NCBI GenBank assembly: GCA_020348925.1
Contig: CP070758.1
Span: forward strand, 824,469-888,468
Length of the DNA stretch: 64,000 bases
From: Gemmatimonadota bacterium
GTDB lineage: Bacteria > JBHIER01 > G020348925
Direction: 5' to 3'
Part shown: in pieces, positions 1 to 10,799 of the stretch
Layout: each line of letters starts with the position of its first letter
Position numbering within the stretch: position 1 is the first letter of the stretch
Notes under the pieces: model-generated
What the model was told of the DNA's origin: nothing
Databases searched by the model: none
The model's input: the letters and a program-made list of their open reading frames with translations, nothing else
Made by a program: the position numbers and the translations under genes

Positions 1-1
1 A

Positions 2-1708
2 AACCGAATGCACAAAACCCAGAGGGAGTTTTACCTTCACGAACAGATGAAGGCCATCAGGGAGGAGCTCGGGGAGGTTGATGATCATTTTACCGAAATA
101 GCCCAGCTCAAAAAACAGATTGAAACGGCGGGTATGCCGAAGGACGTTCAGAACAAGGCTCTCACTGAGTTGGAGAAACTGAAAAAGATGCACATCATGT
201 CACCGGAGTCAACCGTAGTCCGCAATTATCTCGACTGGATCATCGCCCTTCCGTGGAACGAACGGACCAAGGATAATTTGAAGATCAACCAGGTCCAGAA
301 AATTTTGGATGCCGATCATTACGGTCTCGAAAAACCAAAGGAACGCATCCTCGAATATTTGGCGGTGATTCGATTGTCGAAAAAGATCAAGGGCCCGATC
401 CTGTGCTTTGTCGGTCCTCCTGGCGTGGGGAAAACCTCTCTGGGAAGATCGATCGCTCGAGCCTTAGGGAGAAAATTCGTGAGAATCTCCCTGGGCGGGA
501 TCCGAGATGAGGCGGAAATTCGCGGTCATCGGCGAACCTATATTGGATCGATGCCTGGACGCATTATCCAGTCGATGAAGCGGGCCAAGACGAAGAATCC
601 GGTTTTTCTTCTCGATGAAGTCGATAAGATGGGGGTTGACTTTCGCGGTGATCCTTCGTCAGCCCTTTTGGAGGTACTGGATCCTGAACAGAATTGCGCT
701 TTCAGTGATCACTACTTAGATGTCGATTATGATCTTTCAGAAGTGATGTTCATTACGACCGCAAATGTGAGGCACAGCATCCCACCTCCGCTGTTGGACC
801 GAATGGAAGTGATCGAGTTGCCAGGTTATCTTGAGCACGAAAAAATTGGCATTGCTACAGGATTTCTTATACCGAAACAACTGAGGGAACAGGGACTCAA
901 ACCCACGAACTTGAAGATTTCCGAGGGAGCCTTGGTGAAAATCATCCGTAATTACACTCAGGAAGCGGGTGTTCGCAACCTGGAACGGGAGATTGCCGCT
1001 ATCTGCCGCAAGGTGGCCAAGCAAGTCGTCGAAAGAGGAAAGAGATTCTCAGTAGCCGTCTCTTCGAACAATCTTCATGTCTATTTGGGATCGTCGAAGT
1101 TCTTGGACAAGAAGGCCGACGGGACGAATGGGATTGGTGTGGCAACCGGATTGGCCTGGACTGAGATGGGCGGAGATATTCTCAGTGTCGAGGTGACTCT
1201 CATGGAGGGCAAAGGGAAGCTGATCTTGACCGGTCAATTGGGTGAGGTGAGGCAAGAATCCGCCCAGGCCGCTCTGAGCTACGCTCGGAGCAGAGCACCA
1301 TCGCTGGGAATTGCCCCTGATTTTTACAAAAAAACCGATGTCCACGTTCATGTTCCGGAAGGGGCGATCCCGAAAGACGGACCGTCGGCCGGAATTACGA
1401 TGGCCGTTGCCTTAATCTCGGCCCTGACGAAGAAGCCCGTACGGAGGGATATCGCTTTAACCGGTGAAATCACTCTGCGTGGTCGCGTGTTATCTGTGGG
1501 TGGACTGAACGAGAAGTGTCTTGCGGCGCTCAGAGCCGGTGTGGGGATGATTGTTCTGCCCAAAGACAATGATAAGGACTACAAGGAGTTACCCCATCAA
1601 CTGAAGCGTGGATTGGAGTTCTCGATGGTGGAGACGATGGATGAAGTGGTGACGATCGCACTGCCGGATCTGAAGAATGAAAAGAGGGAGACATCCACTC
1701 CACACTAA
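2..1708 (+). CDS. lon: ATP-dependent Lon protease (5' truncated)
   Basis: Walker [23 protein letters not shown] catalytic Ser motif; frame open from the window start. Confidence 0.97.
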   Translation, partial: NRMHKTQREFYLHEQMKAIREELGEVDDHFTEIAQLKKQIETAGMPKDVQNKALTELEKLKKMHIMSPESTVVRNYLDWIIALPWNERTKDNLKINQVQKILDADHYGLEKPKERILEYLAVIRLSKKIKGPILCFVGPPGVGKTSLGRSIARALGRKFVRISLGGIRDEAEIRGHRRTYIGSMPGRIIQSMKRAKTKNPVFLLDEVDKMGVDFRGDPSSALLEVLDPEQNCAFSDHYLDVDYDLSEVMFITTANVRHSIPPPLLDRMEVIELPGYLEHEKIGIATGFLIPKQLREQGLKPTNLKISEGALVKIIRNYTQEAGVRNLEREIAAICRKVAKQVVERGKRFSVAVSSNNLHVYLGSSKFLDKKADGTNGIGVATGLAWTEMGGDILSVEVTLMEGKGKLILTGQLGEVRQESAQAALSYARSRAPSLGIAPDFYKKTDVHVHVPEGAIPKDGPSAGITMAVALISALTKKPVRRDIALTGEITLRGRVLSVGGLNEKCLAALRAGVGMIVLPKDNDKDYKELPHQLKRGLEFSMVETMDEVVTIALPDLKNEKRETSTPH

Positions 1709-1924
1709 TACAGGCACCGCAAAGAACCAGAGATGAGTGGACACGGAAAAGGAGATTGTCCAACATCATCGTGACACCGCATGCTGCCAGCCAGACTGTC
1801 GAGACGTCAGAGAAAACCGCTCACTCCATAGCCACACAAATTTCAACCATTGCAAACAGGGGGAAGCAGAGAAGAGAGTGAATACCCCTTGACCCTCATG
1901 TCTTCTCTTTGTGGAGTTCGAAAA

Positions 1925-3178
1925 ATGACGCGGTGGCACCTTCTCGCCATACTTTTCCCGTTGTGGCTTCTTGGCGGTTGCTCTGTGGGTCGATATGCGG
2001 ATGTTCAGGGTGGCCCGAGCAAGGCCACCGGAGACCTGCAGTTTACGATCGACGTCGCACTCTTTCAAGTTTGCCAGGATACAGTCGAAGCGGTGATCTT
2101 CATTACCTTTCCAAACAGTTCTCTCACTTTCTTAAAGAGGGAGCGTGGCTTTACTGCTGCCTACGACGGGACAATCGAACTCAACACTCTGTCAGAGAAG
2201 CCAGTGGTCGCGAAGGCGTTCGAGGGCCAGATCGAGGAGCCGTCCTACGAAGCGGCCCATTCCTCGAGTGGTTTTGATCACAGGGAGCTGAGTTTGAAAT
2301 TGGTGCCGGGAACATACGCGCTGACGGTCACTCTCCAGGATCGAAACAGTTTACGGAAAGGGACTGTCCGGCGTGTGCTCGACGTTGTCCCTTTTGCTCA
2401 AGACAAAATTACACTCAGTAGTATTGTGTTCGCTGCTGCGGTTGAGAGGGATTCATCCGGAGGGTTCCGTATCGTTCCAAATAGTGAGAGGATCTACGGT
2501 GAGCGGCTGCCAGAACTGAAATTTTACTTCGAAGTGTATGCTCCCGGAAAAATTGGCGACAAGGGCACTCTGAGAGTCCAATACAAGATAGTATCTCGAC
2601 AGACAGGGAACAGTCTTTTTCTTGATGAAAGGGATCCGATTGAGCCGGGTACGGAAAAAACGGCCGTGTCGGGAACATGCCACCTGAGAGGTATTGACGA
2701 GGAGGATGCATCATTGCTGATACGAGTTCTTGACCGTGAGCAAAAGATCCTTGCTGAGCGGAAGGGAGACTTTCGCATCTCATGGCCTCTCATCAATTGG
2801 GGGAACGATTTTGAGTTGTCGCTGACCCAGCTGGAACTGGTCGCCTCGGCGGAGGTGATTGCGGAGTACAAGAGAATCGAACCGGAAAGACGCGAAGCAT
2901 TCCTGAGACGCTATTGGAAAGAGCGCGATCCCATTCCCCAAACGGAGCAGAATGAATTGCTTATAGAGTTTGAAAAAAGGTTGCGCTACGCCAAACGTGA
3001 GCTGGGGGGGATGCGAACCGATAAGGGGAGGGTCTCCATTCAGAACGGTCCGCCCCAGGCCGTTGAAAAACGGATCCTTCGTGATATGATCGGCTATCCC
3101 CGGTCTGCGGAAATCTGGATCTACTTCGAGCCGTACCGTGAGTTTGTTTTTATCGAGGATCGCCTTGTTCAGCGCTGA
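1925..3178 (+). CDS. GWxTD-domain lipoprotein
   Basis: Signal peptide with lipobox LGGC; C-terminal YWKERDPIPQTEQNE...GMRTDKGRVSIQNGPP...EIWIY pattern; GGAG upstream of ATG 1925. Confidence 0.75.
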   Translation: MTRWHLLAILFPLWLLGGCSVGRYADVQGGPSKATGDLQFTIDVALFQVCQDTVEAVIFITFPNSSLTFLKRERGFTAAYDGTIELNTLSEKPVVAKAFEGQIEEPSYEAAHSSSGFDHRELSLKLVPGTYALTVTLQDRNSLRKGTVRRVLDVVPFAQDKITLSSIVFAAAVERDSSGGFRIVPNSERIYGERLPELKFYFEVYAPGKIGDKGTLRVQYKIVSRQTGNSLFLDERDPIEPGTEKTAVSGTCHLRGIDEEDASLLIRVLDREQKILAERKGDFRISWPLINWGNDFELSLTQLELVASAEVIAEYKRIEPERREAFLRRYWKERDPIPQTEQNELLIEFEKRLRYAKRELGGMRTDKGRVSIQNGPPQAVEKRILRDMIGYPRSAEIWIYFEPYREFVFIEDRLVQR

Positions 3179-3276
3179 GCCGGTCAGGTGAAACCGGCAG
3201 GGCGAGCATCATCACCAGAAGTGATGCAGCTCGAATTCGTTACTGATCGTTCGTTTTATTTTCCTAAAATATGATC

Positions 3277-3305
3277 TTGACATGTGCATCGAAAATTTCT
3301 ACTTT
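3277..3305 (+). promoter_or_regulatory. Putative sigma70 promoter
   Basis: TTGACA-17 nt-TACTTT about 90 nt upstream of ATG 3397. Confidence 0.45.
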
Positions 3306-3396
3306 TGATCTCCGATCCGTGAGGGTTTCTCCCTTGCACGACAGGCTAGGAATCCGCGTACACTCGAAACACAAAAAGGCTGAAGGAGTATCTTTC

Positions 3397-6285
3397 ATGA
3401 AAATGAGATCGTTGTGGTGGGTGTTCTGTGTCGTACTGCTCTCTAAAATATCCTTCGCGAGCGAGAGCAGAATTGATCTCGTGGCCGTGCACAGCCAGGC
3501 GCTCGGCATTTCCAAGAATGTCAACATTTATCTGCCAGAAGACTACGATGAGAATGTCGGTGAGCTCTATCCGGTGGTCTATCTCTTTCGAGGACATGAG
3601 CGGGAGTGGGCGAACCGGAATGAGGATGCCAGCCGAAATGGGAGGAACATACAGGACGTTGCGGATGCGCTGTATGAGGCCGGGCTCATCGGGAAAATGA
3701 TCCTCGTCATGCCCGGGGTCGCTTCGGATGATAATTCCGTGCCGGGACTTGGAGTCAATTTCGTCGACGTGGGACTTGCAGGACAGAAGAGCGGTCTGGG
3801 CACCGGCCTCTTCGAAGATTTTCTCGTTCATGATCTGGTGCCCTACATTGACGAGCAGTATCGAACCATTCCCTCGCGGTCGCAAAGGGGCGTCGACGGG
3901 TTTTCACTGGGAGGCTATACGTCGATGTTGATGGCCGCGAAACATCCGGATCTGTTCTCCTCGGCCGGCGCCTATGACGGGACCATGATGTGGATGGATT
4001 TTGACGATCCGAGATTTCCCGGCCCCAATGACGATAACACTTGGCTTCGCGTCGACATGTTTGATCCGGCCTTTGGCGTACCACGGGACATTGATGTAAT
4101 GCTGCAGTACAACCCGGCCAATCTGATTCGGGCTACGGGCGCGGAACAGCTGGCACTGCTTCAATCATCCCAATTCCTCATTCACAGTGCAGGCTCGGAG
4201 GCTTTGGGAAATCTCGACAGGTCACAACACATCGTGGATATTCTGGCCGCACAGGGCGTACAGAATGTTTTTTCCGATATCAGACTTGCGTCCAATGCCC
4301 AGCACAACTGGTGGTACGCTGACGAGCACATGCGGGTGACACTGCCCCTTCATTGGGAAAAATTCGCAAATCCGGTGAATACGATACCTCTCGAAATAAT
4401 GACGCCTGTGCCGGGTTCTGAGCTGTCCGGTACGGTTGCGATTACGTGGGCACCCCGGATACAAGACGAGACCACTCTGACCATATTGTCGTACAGCAGG
4501 GACGAGGGCACTCTGTGGCATACCCTCGCGTCCTTTACCACGGGCGATACGACGCTTCTGTGGAATACGGAGCACGTTCCGGACGGAACACGCTACCTGC
4601 TCAGGGTATTTATCACGGGGGAGACCGTGGTAGCCGTGAGTCAAACGGACGGCCGATTTACCATTGACAATCCGGGCAACGGGGCCCCTGATATCGAAAT
4701 TCTCTCTCCCGATCAGTGGGATGTCCTCAGCGGGGAGTGGGTCGTTCGCTGGTTCGCCGATGATGCCGACGGCGACGAGCTGACACTTTCGTTGGATTAC
4801 TCCTGGGATGATGGCGCACACTGGAATCCGTTGTTCCGGGATCTTCACAACACGGATGAATATATATGGAATACAACACGCTTCGCCAATAGCCGAAACT
4901 GTCTCCTCGCTTTTTATTGCTCGGATGACTCGGTCACCGTGAGCGATACATCCGCTGTCTTTGAAGTCTCCAACGAGCGCGACCTTCTTCCGGCCGAAGG
5001 GATGCATCACGTCCGCGGCAACAGCAGTGCCGTCATCGTCGCTCACATAGTTGACCCGGAGCAATTGACCGGGGATATCTATCGAATCACGTTCAATGAC
5101 ACACTCTTTGATTATACAGTGTACGATGTCATCAATGTGGATACTGGAGAAGAGGTCGTTGAAGGTGCGACGGAGCTGAATGGTGTAACGGAAGGTCCTC
5201 TCTTCGACGGCCTGCGTCTGCAGATAAAGGATTTCGAACGGGCGGAAATAAACCGTGACAGTACCGGCTGGAGGACGGGCTCGTCGACGTTGGAGATTAC
5301 TGTCCATCTGCCGGAAATTGACATCGGAACCGAGATCCTGAACGGTATTCCGTATCCTGCCGATTATCGCATCTCAATTTCTGATAATGTCGTGGACACG
5401 TCAAGCTCGGCTTTCGGCGCAGCGGAAATGGAGATGATGTTCACTGTCTGGAACATGACAGAGAACAAACGGGAGGATGTTATTTTTCTCGATTTTGACC
5501 AGAACCGGACGATATCGCGACTCGACGAGCTCTTTATTCTTCTCCCCTGTGATGGTGAACCGCAATTAACCTGGGCTGTGTACTTTGGCGGACAGCCGAC
5601 GGCCGTCAATCCTCAACCAGGCGACGAATTTGTGATCAGGACACTCAAACCCCTGACCGGCGAGGACGTGTACGAATTCAGGGCCGGTCAAGACGTTCTG
5701 CTGTGTTCCCTGCACGGCGATGCAAACGAGGATGGTGCTGTCGACATCATGGATGTCGTTTCAATGGTTAACTTCATACTCGGATCCAGTCCTGATCCGT
5801 TCAACATAATCTGTGCCGACTGCGACGGTGATGGTGACGTGAATGTCCTCGACGCTTTGGGCATCGTGAACGTGATCTTGGGTGTCGGTGAATGTGTTCC
5901 CGGTGCATGGAGAGTGTCTCTGCTGCCCGGAACGATGGACTTTCTCACTTCGCTGCAAGTGTACCTGTCAGAACAGGAGTACGCCAGGTTCATGGCGCTG
6001 GTCAAGGCCACGCTGTTTCCTGCCACATACCATCTGGGCCAGAATTATCCAAATCCCTTCAATCCGAAAACGGCCATTGAATATACGTTGCCTTACGCCT
6101 CCAGGGTGAAACTGAGCGTGTACAATATTCTGGGACAGGAGGTACGGATCCTGGTGGACGGGAAGAGGGAAGCAGGGTTTCACACCGTCACCTTTGATGG
6201 ACGTGATCTGGCCAGTGGGGCATACTTTTACCGGATCAAGGTGGGTGATTTTGTGGCGACGAAGAGGATGCTGCTTCTCAGGTGA
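3397..6285 (+). CDS. Secreted alpha/beta-hydrolase (esterase) with Ig-like repeats, dockerin, conserved helical linker and T9SS/FlgD-type C-terminal domain
   Basis: Signal peptide; GFSLGG nucleophile elbow; GDANEDGAVDIMD...ADCDGDGDVNVLD dockerin; QNYPNPFNP...TKRMLLLR tail; RBS GAAGGAG. Confidence 0.85.
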   Translation: MKMRSLWWVFCVVLLSKISFASESRIDLVAVHSQALGISKNVNIYLPEDYDENVGELYPVVYLFRGHEREWANRNEDASRNGRNIQDVADALYEAGLIGKMILVMPGVASDDNSVPGLGVNFVDVGLAGQKSGLGTGLFEDFLVHDLVPYIDEQYRTIPSRSQRGVDGFSLGGYTSMLMAAKHPDLFSSAGAYDGTMMWMDFDDPRFPGPNDDNTWLRVDMFDPAFGVPRDIDVMLQYNPANLIRATGAEQLALLQSSQFLIHSAGSEALGNLDRSQHIVDILAAQGVQNVFSDIRLASNAQHNWWYADEHMRVTLPLHWEKFANPVNTIPLEIMTPVPGSELSGTVAITWAPRIQDETTLTILSYSRDEGTLWHTLASFTTGDTTLLWNTEHVPDGTRYLLRVFITGETVVAVSQTDGRFTIDNPGNGAPDIEILSPDQWDVLSGEWVVRWFADDADGDELTLSLDYSWDDGAHWNPLFRDLHNTDEYIWNTTRFANSRNCLLAFYCSDDSVTVSDTSAVFEVSNERDLLPAEGMHHVRGNSSAVIVAHIVDPEQLTGDIYRITFNDTLFDYTVYDVINVDTGEEVVEGATELNGVTEGPLFDGLRLQIKDFERAEINRDSTGWRTGSSTLEITVHLPEIDIGTEILNGIPYPADYRISISDNVVDTSSSAFGAAEMEMMFTVWNMTENKREDVIFLDFDQNRTISRLDELFILLPCDGEPQLTWAVYFGGQPTAVNPQPGDEFVIRTLKPLTGEDVYEFRAGQDVLLCSLHGDANEDGAVDIMDVVSMVNFILGSSPDPFNIICADCDGDGDVNVLDALGIVNVILGVGECVPGAWRVSLLPGTMDFLTSLQVYLSEQEYARFMALVKATLFPATYHLGQNYPNPFNPKTAIEYTLPYASRVKLSVYNILGQEVRILVDGKREAGFHTVTFDGRDLASGAYFYRIKVGDFVATKRMLLLR

Positions 6286-6553
6286 GTTCTGACATACCGG
6301 AGCCGATCACCAGCAAGGTCGGGGAGGCCTTTCATGTTTTTCAACGTACCCCAGATCAAGAGCTCCTGAAAGGAATATTCAGCCTTCTTCTGTATGCACA
6401 CCCTGGTGCTCACGTTTCCTTCGATATCATCTCCCGTCCACTCCTCATAACATTTGAACGTGTCAGGACAAAGAAACTTTTTCTTGCATGAGGTTTCTAT
6501 TATATTAGAAAAAAGAATTGGATGCACCGTTTTACCATGAGAAAGGGATTTGA

Positions 6554-8443
6554 ATGAGAAAAGCGAAGCAGCAAATATTTATCCCTCAACGATGTTCCCG
6601 GTCACATCCTGGACAAACCGGTGTTGTTCTCTTCATAATATTATCCGTTCTCTCTTGGTCTGTGGGATCGGTCACAGCAGGAGAGAGTACCAATCCTATC
6701 TTGAAAATCCTCATATCGCAACGTGACGACCCGGTCGTAAGCCCTCAACTCCAGAAGAAGATGGCCCAATGTAGCGCTGATGAACGCTTGGTGGTATGGG
6801 TCTTTTTCACAGACAAGGGTCTCTTTACCGAAAGCGATTACGAGTCCGCCTTAAAACAGGTAACCTCTGAACTTTCGGAGAGGGTGAGGAGGAGGCGTGA
6901 AAAAATGGGCCTGCCGAACCTTGCAAATTTCAGGGACCTGCCAGTCAACCGGAACTACATAAAACAGGTTACGGCTTTGAGTTCTCATCATCGAACAACT
7001 TCAAAGTGGCTCAACGCCGTGAGTGTGGAGGCCTTGGTCAGTGGGCTTGCCGAGATCTCGCAACTGCCCTTTGTGCGGAAGATCCAGGAGGTAGCACGAT
7101 CCAGGCACACGCCGGTGCCAGATTCCATAAAAGAGAAAAGGCCATCGCAGGGATCGCCTTCGTCTCCAAACAGATACGGGTTGGACTACGGATCTTCCTT
7201 GAATCAACTTCAGCAGATCAATGTCCCCGCCGTTCACGATCTGGGATATGACGGTTCCGGGATTATTATCTGTCTGCTGGATACAGGATTCTTTCTCGAG
7301 CACGAGGCGCTGGAGCATATTGATCTCATCGCGGAGTGGGATTTCATCTTTCGCGATGGAAACACAGCCAATGAAGAGGCGGATTCTCCCTCCCAACAGC
7401 AGCACGGTACGGAGGTTTTATCGATCGTCGGCGGCGCAATGGACGGCAAATTATACGGACCCGCGTATAGAGCCGGTTTTCTCCTGGCAAAAACGGAGGA
7501 CACTCGATCCGAGACACCGGTTGAAGAGGACTATTGGGTCGCAGGAATCGAGTGGGGGGAATCGATGGGTGCGGACGTGGTGAGCAGTTCTGTGGGTTAT
7601 TCGGACTGGTACACTTACGAAGAGTATGACGGGAATACGGCCTTGACCACGAAAGCCGCGGATATTGCCGCCTTCAATGGTATCGTTGTGTGCAATGCCA
7701 TGGGGAACAGCGGCCATGCGGTCGGCTCAATCGTAGCGCCGGCGGATGCCGACAGCATCATTGCTTGTGGGGCGGTGGATGGCAATGGTATGGTGGCCGC
7801 CTTCAGCTCCATCGGTCCCACTTTCGACGGTCGAACAAAGCCGGAGGTTGTGGCTCGAGGAGCCTCGACCTATGCCGTTTTGCCCAGTCCTCTCAGGACG
7901 GACGGCTATGCCTACCTTGCCGGCACCTCCTTCTCCACCCCACTGGTGGCCGGCTGCGCGGCCCTGGTTCTGCAGGCTCATCCTGATTGGACACCGATGC
8001 AGGTGAGAGAGGCACTGATGATGACGGCCAGCCACGCCAACAACCCGAATAATTCCTACGGCTGGGGTATTGTGGACTGTTTGAAAGCCATCAACGAGGG
8101 AACCGATGACGATGGAGAACCGATTCTTCCGGAAAGGTTTGTTCTCGCCCAAAACTATCCGAATCCGTTCAATCCCATGACGGATATCAGATATCAGATT
8201 CCGGATGTCGGATCGCCTGTTCACACTACCCTGACAATTTTCAACATCCTCGGCCAGGAAGTTACGACGCTCGTGGATGATGTTCGGGATGCTGGATCTT
8301 ACACAGTGTCGTGGAACGGCCTGAACGCCCAGGGGACACGTGTGGCCAGCGGTGTCTATGTGTACCGGATCGTTGCGAATGGCATGTTCCAGGGGGATCG
8401 GGACGAATTCACGGCGACCAAGCGCATGCTTCTTTTAAAGTAA
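6554..8443 (+). CDS. Secreted S8 subtilisin-like serine peptidase with C-terminal sorting domain
   Basis: Triad motifs LDTG, HGT, GTSFSTP; QNYPNPFNP...TKRMLLLK tail. Confidence 0.92.
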   Translation: MRKAKQQIFIPQRCSRSHPGQTGVVLFIILSVLSWSVGSVTAGESTNPILKILISQRDDPVVSPQLQKKMAQCSADERLVVWVFFTDKGLFTESDYESALKQVTSELSERVRRRREKMGLPNLANFRDLPVNRNYIKQVTALSSHHRTTSKWLNAVSVEALVSGLAEISQLPFVRKIQEVARSRHTPVPDSIKEKRPSQGSPSSPNRYGLDYGSSLNQLQQINVPAVHDLGYDGSGIIICLLDTGFFLEHEALEHIDLIAEWDFIFRDGNTANEEADSPSQQQHGTEVLSIVGGAMDGKLYGPAYRAGFLLAKTEDTRSETPVEEDYWVAGIEWGESMGADVVSSSVGYSDWYTYEEYDGNTALTTKAADIAAFNGIVVCNAMGNSGHAVGSIVAPADADSIIACGAVDGNGMVAAFSSIGPTFDGRTKPEVVARGASTYAVLPSPLRTDGYAYLAGTSFSTPLVAGCAALVLQAHPDWTPMQVREALMMTASHANNPNNSYGWGIVDCLKAINEGTDDDGEPILPERFVLAQNYPNPFNPMTDIRYQIPDVGSPVHTTLTIFNILGQEVTTLVDDVRDAGSYTVSWNGLNAQGTRVASGVYVYRIVANGMFQGDRDEFTATKRMLLLK

Positions 8444-8522
8444 AGAGAGAGTTCTCAGCTTATCGATTTCTGTGAAAACAGCCCAGAGATTCTTCTCCGG
8501 GAAATGAAAATATATCGTAAAT

Positions 8523-8603
8523 CAGTAGTGTCCGGTTATAAGTCGAATAAATTCAGTTGGCTAGGATTTTGGTCATACAGGTTTTTGTAATCATGATCAG
8601 TAA
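8523..8603 (-). mobile_element. Right end of an IS4-family element (transposase C-terminus plus terminal repeat), cut by a contig gap
   Basis: Frame ...DQNPSQLNLFDL* followed directly by TAACCGGACACTACTG, the end pattern I recall for DUF4372-type IS4 elements; lies at a contig end. Confidence 0.6.
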
Positions 8604-8703
8604 NNNNNNNNNNNNNNNNNNNNNNNNNNNNNNNNNNNNNNNNNNNNNNNNNNNNNNNNNNNNNNNNNNNNNNNNNNNNNNNNNNNNNNNNNNNNNNNNN
8701 NNN

Positions 8704-9420
8704 CCGTCTCACATCGACAGTTTTATAAGAAGTCTCAACCTCCACTGTGCCTGTGATATCCTCCACGATGGCCTCACCGCTGTTGCTTTCAACTTCCACA
8801 TCTCCCTTACAGTCGGAGATGAGAAGATCACCGTAACTGTTTTCCGCAAGAATATCGCCCTTGCACCCGCGTATGGTGATGGCTCCCGATTCATTGACGA
8901 CGTCGATTTCGCCGGTGATCCCCTCTATCTCCACATCGCCGTAGCTGTTTTCCACGTCCAGCGACACGTTTTGAGGTAGGGTTACATCCAAATCGATCTC
9001 TGCTGTCGGCCTGTAGATCCATCTTCCCCGTGAGATCTCCTCAACAAAACCGCGCACTGCACCTGAGAGCCCCTTTTTTTCAATGTCGAGGCCCTCGGGA
9101 ACATCGACGACAATCCTGTACCCGTCCCGATAGGGTTCGATCTCCACTTCGGTCTCTTTCGAAAAGAGATTTTTATTCTTATCGTCTACATTGATCATTT
9201 CCAGAGTTGCTTCGACATAAACTTCATTCTTTTCCCACGATGAGATAGAGATGTTCCCATCTATGTTCTCAATATATATGGTCTCATCCGGAGTAATGCC
9301 GAGTGACAGGGTGAAGCTCTTTGTGAAGTATTCGTCCTTTCCATCTCTCATTCCAAATACGATCGTTGCGCATAGGATGATGCTGAGAACAGTCAAGGCT
9401 ATTATTCTCTTTATCTTCAT
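8704..9420 (-). CDS. DUF4097 family beta-strand repeat protein (3' truncated by gap)
   Basis: Signal peptide; repeated (V/A)ENSYGD(V/L)-type units; downstream of an ECF sigma/anti-sigma pair. Confidence 0.8.
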
Positions 9421-9445
9421 TTTTCAGGCTCCTTTTTAATGAAGT

Positions 9446-10090
9446 TTATCCCTGTGTTATCTCTATAAGTTCAATCAACGTCTCTTTTTTATCCTGGTAT
9501 GCCGCCAGGAGGTATCGTCGTATGTGTGCGTCGGCTGAGTTGTGTTTCAGCGCCTCTTTACAGCGCTCGATCTGAGCATCGATGGTCTCCAACTTATCCC
9601 GATACAGAAGCAAGAGGTCCGTGTCGGCATTGGCGACCAAGGATTGAGTTGCTTTTTCCAGCTCGGCAATGGCCTGTTCATACTCCTTCTCCCTCTCTTC
9701 GACCTTTGACAGGGCCGAGGAGGTGAGGAAATTCGTTGATGCGGGTCCGGTAGGAGTAGGCCTGAGAAAAAGAAGGTACGATACTCCAATACTTATAACC
9801 AGCAATGCGGCAATCTTGTATATGAGATGTTGCCTCGGTGAAAAAATATGAAGGAGAATTTCTGCAAGTCCGATTGATCGGGATTTCTCCTGTTCTCTCT
9901 TCAGCTCATTTTCAATCCTGGTCCAGAGCCAAGGTGAAGACTCCGGTGCGGGGAGTTTCCGAGCCTCTCCTTCGATGAGACCGTCGAGAGCATACGCCTC
10001 GCGACATTCGTCACATTTTGCCCTATGGATCTCAAATTCTTTTTCCGGTATTTTTCCATCCCAGTATAATTGGTACTTAGTGCACGTCAT
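9446..10090 (-). CDS. Zinc-binding anti-sigma factor (membrane-anchored)
   Basis: HxxxCxxC (HRAKCDEC), single TM segment, overlaps the sigma factor stop. Confidence 0.8.
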   Translation of the reverse strand: MTCTKYQLYWDGKIPEKEFEIHRAKCDECREAYALDGLIEGEARKLPAPESSPWLWTRIENELKREQEKSRSIGLAEILLHIFSPRQHLIYKIAALLVISIGVSYLLFLRPTPTGPASTNFLTSSALSKVEEREKEYEQAIAELEKATQSLVANADTDLLLLYRDKLETIDAQIERCKEALKHNSADAHIRRYLLAAYQDKKETLIELIEITQG

Positions 10091-10625
10091 CAGTTCTCCA
10101 TTCTCCCATTCGGTCCTTCATGACTTCCCGCAGTCGGGCCTTGGCCTCGAAGACCTGGGCTTTGATCGTTCCCTCTTTCATCTTTAAAATTTCAGCAATC
10201 TCCCGCTGTTTAAAACCCTGGACCGCAAAGAGCACAAAACAGGCTTTCATCTTCGGGGGAAGTCCGTCGATGGCCTTCTGCAAATGGTGGCCAACTTCCG
10301 CGTGAAGATCCTCCGATAGTTCGGCCACCTGGTCCAGGGGAACGTGCGACCAAGACTTCCCTTTTCTCTGCTTATCGAAACAGGCATTGACGACGATCCG
10401 ATAAAACCACGTTGAGAATGCCGAATCAAACTTGAATTGCCCGATCTTTTTGTAGAGATTTATGAAGGCATTTTGCAAGGCATCTTCTGCGTCCTCCTTG
10501 TTGCTGAGCATGCGGTAGGCGACGGACAGCATCGGTTTCTCGTAGTGTCGATAAATCGTCTCAAAAGCGCTGATTTCTCCGTTTTGGCATCGTCGGATGA
10601 CGACTTCTTCATTTTCTAAGGCCAT
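10077..10625 (-). CDS. ECF RNA polymerase sigma factor
   Basis: DAEDALQ, FSTWFYRIVVN (region 2) and EIAEIL...GTIK (region 4). Confidence 0.93.
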   Translation of the reverse strand: MALENEEVVIRRCQNGEISAFETIYRHYEKPMLSVAYRMLSNKEDAEDALQNAFINLYKKIGQFKFDSAFSTWFYRIVVNACFDKQRKGKSWSHVPLDQVAELSEDLHAEVGHHLQKAIDGLPPKMKACFVLFAVQGFKQREIAEILKMKEGTIKAQVFEAKARLREVMKDRMGEWRTDDVH

Positions 10626-10731
10626 GCACTATCGCTTTCAGAGACCAGCAGGTTCATTATATCTTCTACTGTCCTTTAGACGGAAGGTAAAGGTAGAAAG
10701 GTTTAGTATGACCATGCGAAGTGCAGTCATA

Positions 10732-10772
10732 CGAAAAAAGGACCGATGGATTGCACCGGTCCTCTGTTTTTT
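10732..10772 (-). terminator. Probable intrinsic terminator after thrS
   Basis: AGGACCG...CGGTCCT stem flanked by A/T runs, just downstream of the thrS stop. Confidence 0.5.
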
Positions 10773-10799
10773 CACATGTTTTACCATTACATGAACGCC

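Noticed and set aside
4222-5307. Long antisense ORFs (also 19132-20037, 40211-41023, 53048-54073, 55321-56268, 59756-60694)
   Set aside because: Shadow frames opposite well-supported genes, with no recognisable motifs.
8536-9420. ORF joining DUF4097 to a QLNLFDL tail
   Set aside because: Read through a 100-N spacer; the two parts are unrelated contig ends.
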